Below are positions 47,701-56,899 of a stretch of DNA of 64,000 nt, one piece after another. The notes below the pieces were generated by a model that did not search any database, had not been told where the DNA came from, and saw only the letters and a list, made by a program, of their open reading frames with translations. This DNA is from Lama glama (lineage: Eukaryota): positions 19,284,001-19,348,000 of the forward strand of contig CM052832.1 in NCBI GenBank assembly GCA_028534125.1, written 5' to 3'. A program made the translations under genes and the position numbers. How positions within the stretch are numbered: position 1 is the first letter of the stretch; each line of letters starts with the position of its first letter.

Positions 47701-50700
47701 ATGCCAGCAGGTGAGCACTCACGTGGGGACCCAGCACCCAGGAGCACAAGGGGCAGGTGCCTGCCGCCCTGGGGGCCTGTGAAGTGTGGGTTCAGAGGAA
47801 GCGGCTAAGACAGTCTTACCCTTCAAGGAACAGCTGAGGCTCTGGGGGCAAGGCTGCAAATGCTCCTTCTTAGAAGTTTCAAAGTGAGAGAGGTGGGCTA
47901 GTCTGCCTGGGCTGCCAAGGTGCCACAACCCGGGTGGCTTAAGCAACAGGAATTCATTTTCTCACAGTTCTGGAGGTTAGAAATGTGAAATCAAGGTGTC
48001 AGCCGGGTTGACTTCCTCCCTCCCTCGCTTATGGATGGCTGTCTTCCCCATGTCCTCACACAGCCTCCTTTCTGTGGGCCCATCCATGGTGTCTTTCCCT
48101 CTTCTTATAAGGACACTAACCATATTGGATTAGGGCCCCACTTTAATGACCTCATTTGAACATAATTACCTCTTTAAAGACCCTGTCTTCAAATTCAGCC
48201 CTATTCTGAGGTACTGGGGGTTAGGATTTCAATATGTGAATTTTGGGGGAACACAATTCAGCTCGTAACAGTAGGCATCCCTATATTTTGTCAGCTGGGA
48301 AGTAGGATGGTGAACCTCGTATCTGGAGAGCCTTGATAACTGGGGTTCACTCTGAAAGCCCCCCTTCCCCCACCCTGGCCTAGGATCACAGGGACCAAGA
48401 ATATACAGGGAGGAGGGCATGGGTGGCAAAGAGATGTGTTGTCTTTTCTTGGACCTGAACACTTGGCCAGCATTAAACCCTGTGCCCCAGCAGCTAAGCC
48501 CAGTGTGCTTCATTCCAGTCTGGGCCGTTTGTTCCGCACTCGTGATGAGAAACAGAGCCTTGGACAGGTGTATGGCTATTTCCCGCCAAACTGCGAAAGC
48601 TGGTTCACCATTGCTGGAGACAAGGTATGGTAGCCCCTCCCTCCCCAGGAGAGTGGACCACAGAGAAAGTTTTCTCAGTTGTACTGGATTGACTTACTGC
48701 ATTTCACAGGCAATGGGGAAACTGGGTACCTCCCTGTCAAGCGGCCACGTGACGGTGAATGGGACCCGGACACAAGTGCTGCTGGTTGGGACTCCAACCC
48801 AAGGTAGGTCACCTACCATGAAACTTCGCTTCTTCTTAGTCATGTGACCATGTCATATTTGGGGGAAGTTAATGAGATCTGGAGGCAGACGGACCTGAGT
48901 TTAAATACTTCCTTTCTCATTACTAGCAAACGGGGTCACTTTGGGGAAGTTACTTAATCTCCCTGAACCTATCATTATCTGCAAAATACAGTTTATAATG
49001 TCTATTTTGAAGATTTGCTGAAAATCACACATGAAAGTAAGTTGGTGTGTTTTTAAACCTTCTATCCCATTGAGCTTGGAGCTAGAGAAGCGTTCAGTGC
49101 ATTTTATAAATCAGTTCATCAGGATAGGTCCACTCTGAGGGTATATGTTAATAAAATATTACTTTGCTTTGCGGAGAGTTAAAAAAAAATTACTCCCTCC
49201 AAGATGACAAAAGTGCATCATGCTTATTATAGAAATTTGTGAAAATACAAGTGTACAGAAGTAAATCACCCTTATCCAGATATTTAAAAACATACTATAT
49301 ATTTTTCACACCTAATATTTCATATCTTGAGCATGCTCTCATGTTAAATGATCTTCTAAAGTATGACTTTTGATCCCGTATCACATTTTTTCTGTAGGCA
49401 CATGCAGTTTACTACTGTTATCCTATTGCTGGAATTTTAGGTTATTTCCATTTTTTTTTTTGTTGTGAATAAGGAATTACTGAACATCCATGTACAGAAA
49501 TCTGACTGCCTTTCTGATTTGTTTTTTGGATAGAATTCTTGGAATAGACAGTTTAATCTTAAGGCTCCTATTACATACTGCCCAATGATTTTTTCAGAAA
49601 GATTTTTTGTTTCACATAATTTTATATTTGATAAGCAGAAGTGGATTGGGCAAAGGAACAGTTAAACTTTTCACTGCATGGTAAGGAGACAGCATTTTAA
49701 CAAAAAGTTGCTGACTTAGCTTTGGAACAGTTTTTTGTTTGTTTTCCTTTGCAGAGTCTAGGTAGTGATTTCTACACTCGTGCAACAAGCGTTACTGATT
49801 TCATTTACCTCACAGCTCTTGCTGCCCGAGTGCTGTGGATTAGAGCTTCCCAAATTTCCTTGGTTTGGGTTCTCTTACTGCCTTAGCAATTTTCTCTATT
49901 ATAAAATATTGTATAAAATACAAAATAAAAAGGTTAATTGTATATAATTATATATGTCATACATACGTATATCACATATAAATGAAGCTTTTTGAGGTAA
50001 TTAGAAATTTAAACACAGTTGTAAGAAATCAGATCCATGTTATATTTTCTCCAGTTTTCCCCAATGATAACAGCTTGCAAACCATAATGATGTCACAACC
50101 GAGTTATCAACATAGATATAATCCACCAATCTTGTTCAGATTTTCCCATTTTCCTTGTGTTTTCATTATATTTCACCAACATAATTTGTGGGACCCAGTA
50201 CAAAAATTTGTTTTAAAAAACTACCCAGAGTTTTAAGTCAGTGGCAGCAGAGCATAGAGCCAAGCGCAGGGCCTTTCTCAGCCTGAGTGATTCTGGAGGA
50301 GCAGGAACTGGCGGGCAGCTGGGTGTGACAGGAGAGGGAGGCTGCAGGGACAGTGGTGTCCCTTCCAGGCAGGTAGCCCATCACGTTCAAAGGCCCAGAC
50401 TTAAGAAATATAATGGGCTGTGGTGTAAATTCGTTTTGGGTGAAAAGGGGCAAGTGGCCCCAGACGATGCTAGAGCCATAAGTAGCAGTCGGATTCTGTA
50501 GGGCCTTGTGGGCTTGTACGAGGCCTTGCAAAGAATTTGGACTTTATCCAGAGTTATAAATCAGAAGGGTGCTATAGGCGGTTTGCACAGTGAAAAGATG
50601 GTTGTGTGGAGATGTACTGGAGGGGGTAGGCAGAAAGATGAACACGTTTGATGGGATATCACCGAGCTTATCCAATGTTTGGTGCCCAAGCTAGTTGTAA

Positions 50701-53700
50701 ATGACCAGAGTTGACAGGCACTAAACCATCTACCCCGTGTGATTCTGAGTGGTCTGCCTGGTCACATGTGGCACAGAGACATGAACGAGAAGAGGATTCT
50801 GTTCAGTGTTTAACCTGTCCTCATCCTTGTGATGGTAGCAGTTACTGTACTGTGGTTTATTTCAGATGACGTGTCTAAGGTGGCATTCCTGACCATGACC
50901 TTGCACCAAGGTGGAGGTGCTCGGATGTATGGACTGTCACCTGACTTGCAGCCTTCTTTGCTCAGCACCTTCAGTGGAGACCGCCGCTTCTCCCGATTTG
51001 GTGGAGTCCTGCACTTGAGTGACCTGGATAACGATGGCTTAGGTAGGAAAGGAAGTACCTCTAGCTGAGTCTTTGTTTACTAGATGGGGCCCCAACTGGA
51101 TCATCTAAGCGCAGCCCTCATAATTGACAGCCCAGTAGCCCAAGGGCCTTTCAACGTATTTTGAGTTACATATTCTGAATCAAGATCGGAGCTGGCTATA
51201 CACGGCTAAGCCATACTTTGTGAAGTGGTAATGTGAGAGCCACCCACATGAACTGTTATTGATGATGAAACAGAAAACAAAAGCCTTTGACTACGCTGGA
51301 ATGAAGCCAGGGTAGACTAGTCAAAGGCTGCACTGAGATTATCTGTGGAAGGCTGCGTTAGGATCCAGTAGTGGAGCCATGGAGCAGAGGACAGTGAGGA
51401 GTCAGGTGCTTCTGCTGCTGCTCTGTGTTGTTTACAGATGAAGTCATCGTGGCAGCCCCACTGAGGATCACAGATGCGACCTCTGGCCTGATGGGGGGAG
51501 AAGATGGCCGCGTTTATGTATATAACGGCAAACAGATCACCTCCGGCGACATGACAGGCAAATGCAAATCATGGGTAGCTCCGTGTCCAGAAGAAAAGGT
51601 AAAATGTTCTTGTACAAAATTCCACCCCACGTTGGGGAGGAAGGCTACTTGCTGGCGTCTTCTTAAGTCATGTCCACTGTAGAACGCTTAGTTTCTGCCT
51701 GAACGTGGGGTCAGCGCATGATCACCTGTGCTCTGTGCTAGTGCTGTGCTGGTCCGGGTCACAGCCCGCCACTGCCTGGTTAGGAGCCACAGCGCAAGAA
51801 AACAGGCCATGGCCGTAGGGGTTTCATGAAAACTCCCTTTTTATTTCATCTTAATTCGTCGTATTTATTTTATTTCATTGCTTTGTTTTATTCTTTTTCT
51901 CAGGTAGGTTTCCTTCAGTTTCCTGGGCCTAAAACATTTGTGGTTATTTTTAAACCTAATTATTTTTCAGATTGCAAAATGAATGAAGTTTATTGTAAAA
52001 CTGTAGAAAATACAAAACAGTACAAAGAAGAAAATTAAAGTCATCTACCTAGAATTCCACTCTCCAGAGATAATGTCTGTTAACCTTCTGATGGGTATCC
52101 ATCTAGTTTTATGAACTTAGCTGCTACCATTTTTTTGTGCACTCTGTGCCCGGCACTATGCTAAGTAGCATATATATACACACACACTCTATATGTATAC
52201 ATATACATACACATACATATATATACACACACACACAAATACAGTCTGATCCACACATCAAAGCTATTAATTTGGTATTTTGCCTGTTACAGATAAAGAC
52301 ATTGATGATCAGATAAGGAATTTGTCACATGTCATACTGCTAGGAAATGGCAAAACAGTGACTCAAACCAAGAGCCGATTCTAAAGTGCACTCTTTACCA
52401 TTATACTATGTGTGTGGGTATATATTTTACTAAATTGTGGCCATATTGTAGATAATTTTGTATACAACTTTATAACTTGATTTTTTTTAAACTATCAATG
52501 TAGTAAGTTTTCTATGCCTTCCTATATTATATATTTACTGGCTGCCTAGTATTTTATCTGTAGATAAACCAATTTATTTAACCATGATTTAAATGACTAA
52601 ATAGTCACTCAGTCCATTTCAAATTTTTGCTATTATAAATATGACATTCACACTGAACATTTTTATACATCTTTTTCTGAGCTGCATTCCTATTAAGGGA
52701 ATTTCTGGTATCAAAGGGCTTCTCTGAAATGTAGAAATATGAGGGTAAGAGTGTAATTAAAATTGGTTAAAAAAATCCACATCAATAGTAATAACATCAA
52801 TAGCCTCCCTTTCTCACCATTTTCTTTCTTCCAGGCCCAATACGTATTGATTTCTCCTGAAGTAAGTATCTTCTGAAAGAATGAAAGAAAAACTACCCCC
52901 TAAAAAATGCCCTTTCCTTTATTTTGAATTGATAAAATATTACCCTATGTTTTCAGAAGGCCACTAACAGACGGTGTGTTTTGCAGGCAAGCTCAAGGTT
53001 TGGGAGCTCTGTGATCACTGTGCGGTTGAAGAAAAAGGTGAGTCCTATGAGACCCGGCCACTCTCGTGCCTGCGTTTGTTCCAGGGCTGGGACTTGGGAT
53101 GAGCTCATTTTATATATATTTTAGATTTACAAAAAGGAAAATAATATTCACATACAGTCCCATCATTTTCTGCGTGGAAAGCTTGCCTCACCATCCCTCC
53201 AATTTCATCCTCCACCACAGGGCTTGGCAGATTACAGCCTGAGAACCAGCTCTAGTTGGCAGCCCAAGAACTGAAAATGACTGACGTGTGTAAAGGTTGA
53301 AAAAAACAAAACAAAACAGTATTTCACAACACATGAAGTTGAATGAATTTCAAAGTGCAGTGTCCACAAGTAGAGCCCTGCCAGACCACAGCATGCTCAC
53401 TCCCTCCCTCACACTCCCTCACGGTCGCTGCTGCACTCCAGGGGCAGCCGCTGCTGCACTCCAGGGGCAGCTGGTTAGCCATACTGGCTCTTTTTCTTCC
53501 AAACTGTTTTTGTATGATTCTAGAAAAATAGACAGACAGACAGACAGACACACACACACTAACCGATTCTTTTTAATGACAGAATTGTAATTTATTGTCC
53601 AATGCACCATATCTTACTTCTTTGGTTCACTTCCTCATAGACATTTACCCAGTTACTTCCAATTTTACTATTACAGAGAATGCTGTAACTGAGCATTCTT

Positions 53701-55799
53701 TCAGCTATGTCTTTTATATGACTGTGCAAATACCACTGCTGGAAAGATTCCTACAAGATTGCTAGGTCAAATAGTATGCACATTTTGAATTTTAATAGAT
53801 ATAGCAGATTAAAGGGGGTTAGCTTAAAATACACAGCAAAACCCCTGATTCTTTCATTTTAGAGTATGACATTGTACAGAACTGTGCTAGGCTATGACAG
53901 AGAGAGAAAGAGAAGACAAGAGTCCTTGCTCTTGAGGAAAATCAAGGTTTATACACATGGGAAGTTAAGTAAAATGCCAATCTGTATAGGATTAAATGCT
54001 GAAGAGTAGGTGCAAACTGTGGGAGGAAGGGCTGGGGAAGCCTTCCTAGATTTTCGGGTACAGATGGGGTCTGTGGGGCCGGGCAGGTGCTGTGGACTGG
54101 CTCTGGCTTGTGAGAACTGTGGTGAAACTGCCCTCTACTGGCCAACAGCTTAAGTAGCCCTTGCTTTAACTCATTTACAGGCAAGCTTGAAAGCAAAAAT
54201 TTAGGGTTAGCCATGACAGAAAAAGATGGATTATAAGCTTATGGGAAGAGTCTCAAAAGATTGGGTCGTGGGACTACTTTATATTATAAATTTGGCTTGC
54301 ATTCACTTTCCAAAAATTAAACTTACCAAAAACCCATGTATCACATAAAAATTACTCAATTAACCATTACACCACCTGCAGGGAGTGGTGTAGCGCACCT
54401 AGGCATAACTTATGAGTCCTGTCTGCACAACACGCAGATGCACTTTCCTGAGTGTCGTCCACTTGAGTCAATATGATTTCACTTTCCCAACACAGACCTG
54501 CGACTGGGGGCCCTGAAGCACTGAGTATAAAGATAAATCAATCTCAGAGCAGCCTTTTCCTGAGCCTTGAGTAAAACTTATGATTTTGAAGACTCCTCCT
54601 TCCTTTCTCTGATATGCGAGCATTAAGTAATGAAATGGTAACGAATTAGGAGGGCTCGGCTGTTACTTGAGTGGTGCTGCCACCAGTCAGCCCGCGAACC
54701 CTGGTAGAGCATAGGTGCTGAGACTGTGGGACGAGCAGGGCTACACTGGGCACCAGAAAGGTAGACACAAGCCCGAGACGGTCCCTGCCCCCAGGTGCTT
54801 AGCGTCTAGGTGGAAAAATGAAACACTCACAAAACCATCCAGGTTCACAGACGACCAAAAGCCAAAGGCAGTCAGAGAGCAACAGCGGAGTCGGGGAAGG
54901 GCTCGCGGAGGCCTGAGTGGATATGGAGAGAGGAGCAGGCTGACTGGGCACAAGCTGGTGGAAGACTTGATTTTAGGAATGAAGACAGTTTAACCAGGAA
55001 ATGGAGAGGAGACTTAGTAAATGAGTAATTCCATGAATAAGTTTAAATTTTTCCTTTTAACTGACCCTGCCGTACTTAAAGGGTTAAGCATGGTATCTAA
55101 AATAGGGTAAAGGCTCAATAAATTTTAGCCATTATTATTATTTCTGGATTCACTTGTAGTTTTCAAAATTAAGTCAATGAGAAACTCTTCACTGGTCATT
55201 TCACTGTCAGGCCCTGCTCTACCAGAACCCTATCAGCCAGTTTGATCCAGCCTTGGTTCAGAATAATGTTTGGTAGTTTCCAAAAATGAAATCTACCTCA
55301 AAGTCTGTAAATCTGCCACCAGTGAACATGTTAAACAAACACTTCTTTAAAGACAATTTTGAAAGACAGTTCCTACAAGATTTCAAGCGGCAGGGCCATA
55401 GAAGGTGGTGTGTACACACTGACCAAGACCTCTCCCTTGTAGAAATGCTGATCACTGCAGATAAGCTCCCTGCACCGGGCCACCGCTTGGGCACACTTTT
55501 CCTTCATTCTTTATGTACCAGAGGAGGGACTGGAGTGAACTTCCTCAGCTGTGGTTTCCTGAGCATAAAGGGCTTTTAAATTCAAGCCCTGGGGTCTGGC
55601 CAGTGTCTTACTCATCCTTGTATCTCCGGAGCATAGCATTATGCCTGGATTACAGCAGGAACCTAGCAGAGATGATGAATGGGTAATTAATCCTGTTTTG
55701 TGTCCCCTACAGAATCAAGTTGTCATTGCTGCTGGAAGGAGTTCTCTGGGAGCCCGACTCTCAGGGGCACTTCATATCTACAGCCTTGGCCCAGATTAA
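11415..55799 (+). CDS. GPLD1: GPLD1, phosphatidylinositol-glycan-specific phospholipase D; complete 25-exon CDS, 842 aa
   Basis: Exons join in frame to 2529 nt with all introns GT-AG. Signal peptide [23 protein letters not shown]; catalytic-domain His29/125/133/158 present; FG-GAP/Ca-binding repeats [61 protein letters not shown]-terminus [11 protein letters not shown]. Confidence 0.98.
12410..12740. mobile_element. MIR fragments
   Basis: MIR core ttttacagatgaggaaattga and ctctgcaaaatgaggg in opposite orientations. Confidence 0.55.
13936..14081 (-). mobile_element. tRNA-derived SINE (vic-1-like) next to the exon 2 acceptor
   Basis: ggggattgaaccc...ccactgagctgtacccctcccc; 13-bp TSD aacttaattgatt (13923-13935 / 14082-14094). 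Confidence 0.88.
14115..14170 (+). CDS. GPLD1: GPLD1 coding exon 2
   Basis: ttcag|(G)[18 protein letters not shown]|gtaaaa; 56 nt. Confidence 0.95.
15188..15840 (-). mobile_element. 5'-truncated L1 3' end
   Basis: Closely similar to 431-1050; probable TSD ccccctttt on both sides. Confidence 0.85.
16500..21100 (-). mobile_element. Cluster of old, nested L1 fragments (L1MC/L1ME-like)
   Basis: Degenerate T-rich L1 motifs (e.g. ccataatttatttaaccaat, tcttctgtgaattgccta, ctattctgtttcattgatct); boundaries approximate. Confidence 0.55.
16987..17781. mobile_element. Tigger-derived DNA transposon (MER44-like)
   Basis: Terminal inverted repeats gtctccccttatccacagg ... ccatggataaggagggac; internal gaccctaagtggatgcctga motif. 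Confidence 0.75.
21775..22330. mobile_element. Degenerate MaLR (MLT1-type) LTR
   Basis: tgtcaggg...gaaacctctctggctagttta start and GC-richer body typical of old MLT1; weak. Confidence 0.4.
22887..22965 (+). CDS. GPLD1: GPLD1 coding exon 3
   Basis: ctccag|[27 protein letters not shown]|gtaag; 79 nt. Confidence 0.95.
23427..23852. mobile_element. Degenerate MaLR LTR (MLT1I/J-like)
   Basis: tgtatcagtcagggtcccagcagg start; ...cagacaaaagacaaccagtaca end. Confidence 0.5.
25417..26130 (-). mobile_element. 5'-truncated L1 with ORF2 C-terminal remnant and internal (TG)n(CA)n microsatellite
   Basis: Minus-strand translations [16 protein letters not shown]...[26 protein letters not shown] and [27 protein letters not shown] are the L1 ORF2 C-terminus; approximate TSD gaaaac/ta..ttccaac.ttt. 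Confidence 0.9.
26380..26477 (+). CDS. GPLD1: GPLD1 coding exon 4
   Basis: accag|(G)[32 protein letters not shown]|gtaggc; 98 nt. Confidence 0.96.
26941..27051 (+). CDS. GPLD1: GPLD1 coding exon 5
   Basis: ggcag|[37 protein letters not shown]|gtgagt; 111 nt. Confidence 0.96.
27688..27807 (-). mobile_element. tRNA-derived SINE (vic-1-like)
   Basis: Same consensus; TSD taatttttta (27678-27687 / 27808-27817). Confidence 0.85.
27986..28034 (+). CDS. GPLD1: GPLD1 coding exon 6
   Basis: ctcag|[17 protein letters not shown]|gtactg; 49 nt. Confidence 0.95.
28545..28678 (-). mobile_element. tRNA-derived SINE (vic-1-like)
   Basis: ggggattgaacccaggacctcatgcatgctaagcatgtgctctaccactaagctatac. Confidence 0.85.
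28893..28947 (+). CDS. GPLD1: GPLD1 coding exon 7
   Basis: catag|(G)[19 protein letters not shown]|gtaag; 55 nt. Confidence 0.95.
29160..32100 (-). mobile_element. Old L1 fragments (L1ME/L1M-like)
   Basis: Degenerate L1 motifs (ttttaatttgcatttccc, ggaattttgattagaattatattga, gaattgacccttttataatgatgta); approximate. Confidence 0.55.
32789..32896 (+). CDS. GPLD1: GPLD1 coding exon 8
   Basis: ctcag|(W)[37 protein letters not shown]|gtaagt; 108 nt. Confidence 0.95.
33105..33132 (+). CDS. GPLD1: GPLD1 coding exon 9 (28-nt microexon)
   Basis: tgcag|(M)YGEMLAVSK|gtaaag. Confidence 0.93.
33231..33370 (+). CDS. GPLD1: GPLD1 coding exon 10
   Basis: catag|[48 protein letters not shown]|gtgaat; 140 nt. 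Confidence 0.96.
34665..34870 (+). mobile_element. MIR
   Basis: ctccctgagccttagtttcctcatctataaagtg core. Confidence 0.65.
35920..36212 (+). mobile_element. Short L1 3' end, sense orientation
   Basis: ggataaagtgggagttcgggatttgcagat...cctactgtatagcacagggaa...A tail; inverted relative to the L1s at 15188 and 25417. Confidence 0.85.
36556..36621 (+). CDS. GPLD1: GPLD1 coding exon 11
   Basis: tccag|(S)[23 protein letters not shown]|gtaagt; 66 nt. Confidence 0.95.
37668..37830 (-). mobile_element. tRNA-derived SINE (vic-1-like)
   Basis: Same consensus; TSD core tcatttct (37660-37667 / 37837-37844). Confidence 0.85.
38354..38480 (+). CDS. GPLD1: GPLD1 coding exon 12 (alternative tandem acceptor at 38351)
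   Basis: ttttcagcag|(G)[42 protein letters not shown]|gtaaga; 127 nt. Confidence 0.92.
38492..38618 (-). mobile_element. tRNA-derived SINE (vic-1-like) abutting the exon 12 donor
   Basis: Same consensus; TSD aagaatttt (38483-38491 / 38619-38627). Confidence 0.88.
39370..39532. mobile_element. hAT-type MITE (MER45A-like)
   Basis: gcttggtttaatgctctgctgtc...ttttcattttgcaatggg...caaattatgtagcc motif. Confidence 0.6.
40544..40683 (+). CDS. GPLD1: GPLD1 coding exon 13
   Basis: ttcag|[48 protein letters not shown]|gtaggt; 140 nt. Confidence 0.95.
40884..41407 (-). mobile_element. ERV solo LTR, antisense in intron 13
   Basis: TG...CA ends; near-TSD caac/caaa; AATAAA on the - strand at 40970-40975. 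Confidence 0.65.
42537..42723 (+). CDS. GPLD1: GPLD1 coding exon 14
   Basis: tacag|(W)[26 protein letters not shown]...[10 protein letters not shown]|gtaagg; 187 nt. Confidence 0.96.
44585..44798. mobile_element. hAT-Charlie MITE (MER3-like) inside a MIR
   Basis: caatagacctttctgtgatgatggagatgttcta...gctagtggctacc motif; MIR sequence on both sides (44500-44835). Confidence 0.65.
45180..45290 (+). CDS. GPLD1: GPLD1 coding exon 15
   Basis: ttcag|[37 protein letters not shown]|gtaagg; 111 nt. Confidence 0.96.
46714..46788 (+). CDS. GPLD1: GPLD1 coding exon 16
   Basis: cctag|[25 protein letters not shown]|gtatgt; 75 nt. Confidence 0.95.
46888..47044 (+). CDS. GPLD1: GPLD1 coding exon 17
   Basis: ttcag|[29 protein letters not shown]...SGPSHSDK G|gtagtg; 157 nt. 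Confidence 0.96.
47569..47710 (+). CDS. GPLD1: GPLD1 coding exon 18
   Basis: tgtag|(E)[48 protein letters not shown]|gtgagc; 142 nt. Confidence 0.95.
47895..48270 (-). mobile_element. MaLR solo LTR (MLT1A/B-like)
   Basis: gggtggcttaagcaacag...ctcacagttctggagg...ggggaacacaattcagctcgtaaca. Confidence 0.8.
48519..48624 (+). CDS. GPLD1: GPLD1 coding exon 19
   Basis: tccag|(S)[35 protein letters not shown]|gtatgg; 106 nt. Confidence 0.95.
48710..48803 (+). CDS. GPLD1: GPLD1 coding exon 20
   Basis: cacag|[32 protein letters not shown]|gtaggt; 94 nt. Confidence 0.95.
50866..51042 (+). CDS. GPLD1: GPLD1 coding exon 21
   Basis: ttcag|(D)[16 protein letters not shown]...[17 protein letters not shown]|gtagga; 177 nt. 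Confidence 0.96.
51438..51598 (+). CDS. GPLD1: GPLD1 coding exon 22
   Basis: tacag|(D)[30 protein letters not shown]...APCPEEK|gtaaaa; 161 nt. Confidence 0.96.
52170..52236. repeat. Compound (TA)/(CA) microsatellite within a MIR-like region
   Basis: tatatatacacacacac...atatacatacacatacatatatatacacacacacac. Confidence 0.7.
52835..52861 (+). CDS. GPLD1: GPLD1 coding exon 23 (27-nt microexon)
   Basis: tccag|AQYVLISPE|gtaagt. Confidence 0.94.
52987..53037 (+). CDS. GPLD1: GPLD1 coding exon 24
   Basis: tgcag|[17 protein letters not shown]|gtgagt; 51 nt. Confidence 0.94.
53426..53471. repeat. Perfect 23-bp tandem duplication
   Basis: cgctgctgcactccaggggcagc x2. Confidence 0.9.
55713..55799 (+). 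CDS. GPLD1: GPLD1 final coding exon (25)
   Basis: tacag|[31 protein letters not shown]; 87 nt. Confidence 0.96.
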   Translation, partial: NQVVIAAGRSSLGARLSGALHIYSLGPD

Positions 55800-56241
55800 A
55801 GACCTTACTCCACTGTCCTAACCTGCCCCTCCCTCTTAGGCCATCACCTCCAGGGTGAGCATTCCCGTGGACACAGTGGCACATCCAGTGGAGCCTTGGT
55901 AGATCCCACTCGAGGTGGGGGCGCCTGGGGGTGGAGACATACACACTGACAGCCAGACTACCTGGAAATACGATACAGTAAATGATGGCATCAGAAGTGT
56001 GACAATAGCAGACACTCTGGTTGTTCATGCGCCTTCCAGAGTTAACTTCCTTGTTTCCTTGGCATCTAACCTTATTCCCATCTTGTTTCATGTGCTCAAA
56101 CCTGTGGTACAACTATTTCCTCTTCCACATGAGTACCGGTCTTTCTGAGGCCTGGAAAAGCCTCTCTGGCTTTCTCTTAGGAAAACCTCTATAACACAAT
56201 TCCTCCTAAAAATGTCCTTTTAAAATTAGTGACCCATTTCC

Positions 56242-56247
56242 AATAAA
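56242..56247 (+). terminator. Candidate GPLD1 polyadenylation signal
   Basis: First AATAAA downstream of the stop codon (~440 nt); usage unverified. Confidence 0.5.
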
Positions 56248-56899
56248 AGTGAAATAGAAAGCATAGTAAATGGGGAAAAAAGCACAAGGAGGAGAAGCAG
56301 AGTGAGGAAAAAAGTACGGGGATGAGGGCTAACCTCCCAACTGCAAAATCATGCTGATAATGATGTGGTCCTTGTGAGGTTCATTGTATTGTCAGTTTTA
56401 TCTGGTGAAGGACAAATACAAAAACTAAAACCTTAACTTACTGTGCCCTCAGATGGTTTTGGGGAAATGCCGATGCTGTTGGAAGTCATGCCCACGAGGC
56501 TTGGGTGCACTGGGTTATCCCAACAGACCTGGAGCAGAACAATGAGAGATCTGTCTTGAGCCAGAGGCTACTGTAAGGGACCAAGAATGAAGCCACCTTT
56601 GGCTTCCCGGGCTGGCTTTAGTAGAACAGATCTCATCTGCCAGTCCTGCAATGTGGCACATTTAAGGGAAAGGAATGCACCACAGATTCCAGCTTTGCAG
56701 GCACTGTTACCTGTAAACAGCAATTAGTTGACTGTTTCAGTCAGGGAAGAATCTCTTTCTTCTGACACTGGTGACATGATTTAAGCAGGAGGAAATAACA
56801 AAGAACAGAGCCCTTCTTAGCTTCTCTAGAGGCACAACAGAGGCTGGTCAAAAGACACAGGAATCCAGCTGAAGCGTAAAGTTAAATTAGAAATCAAGG

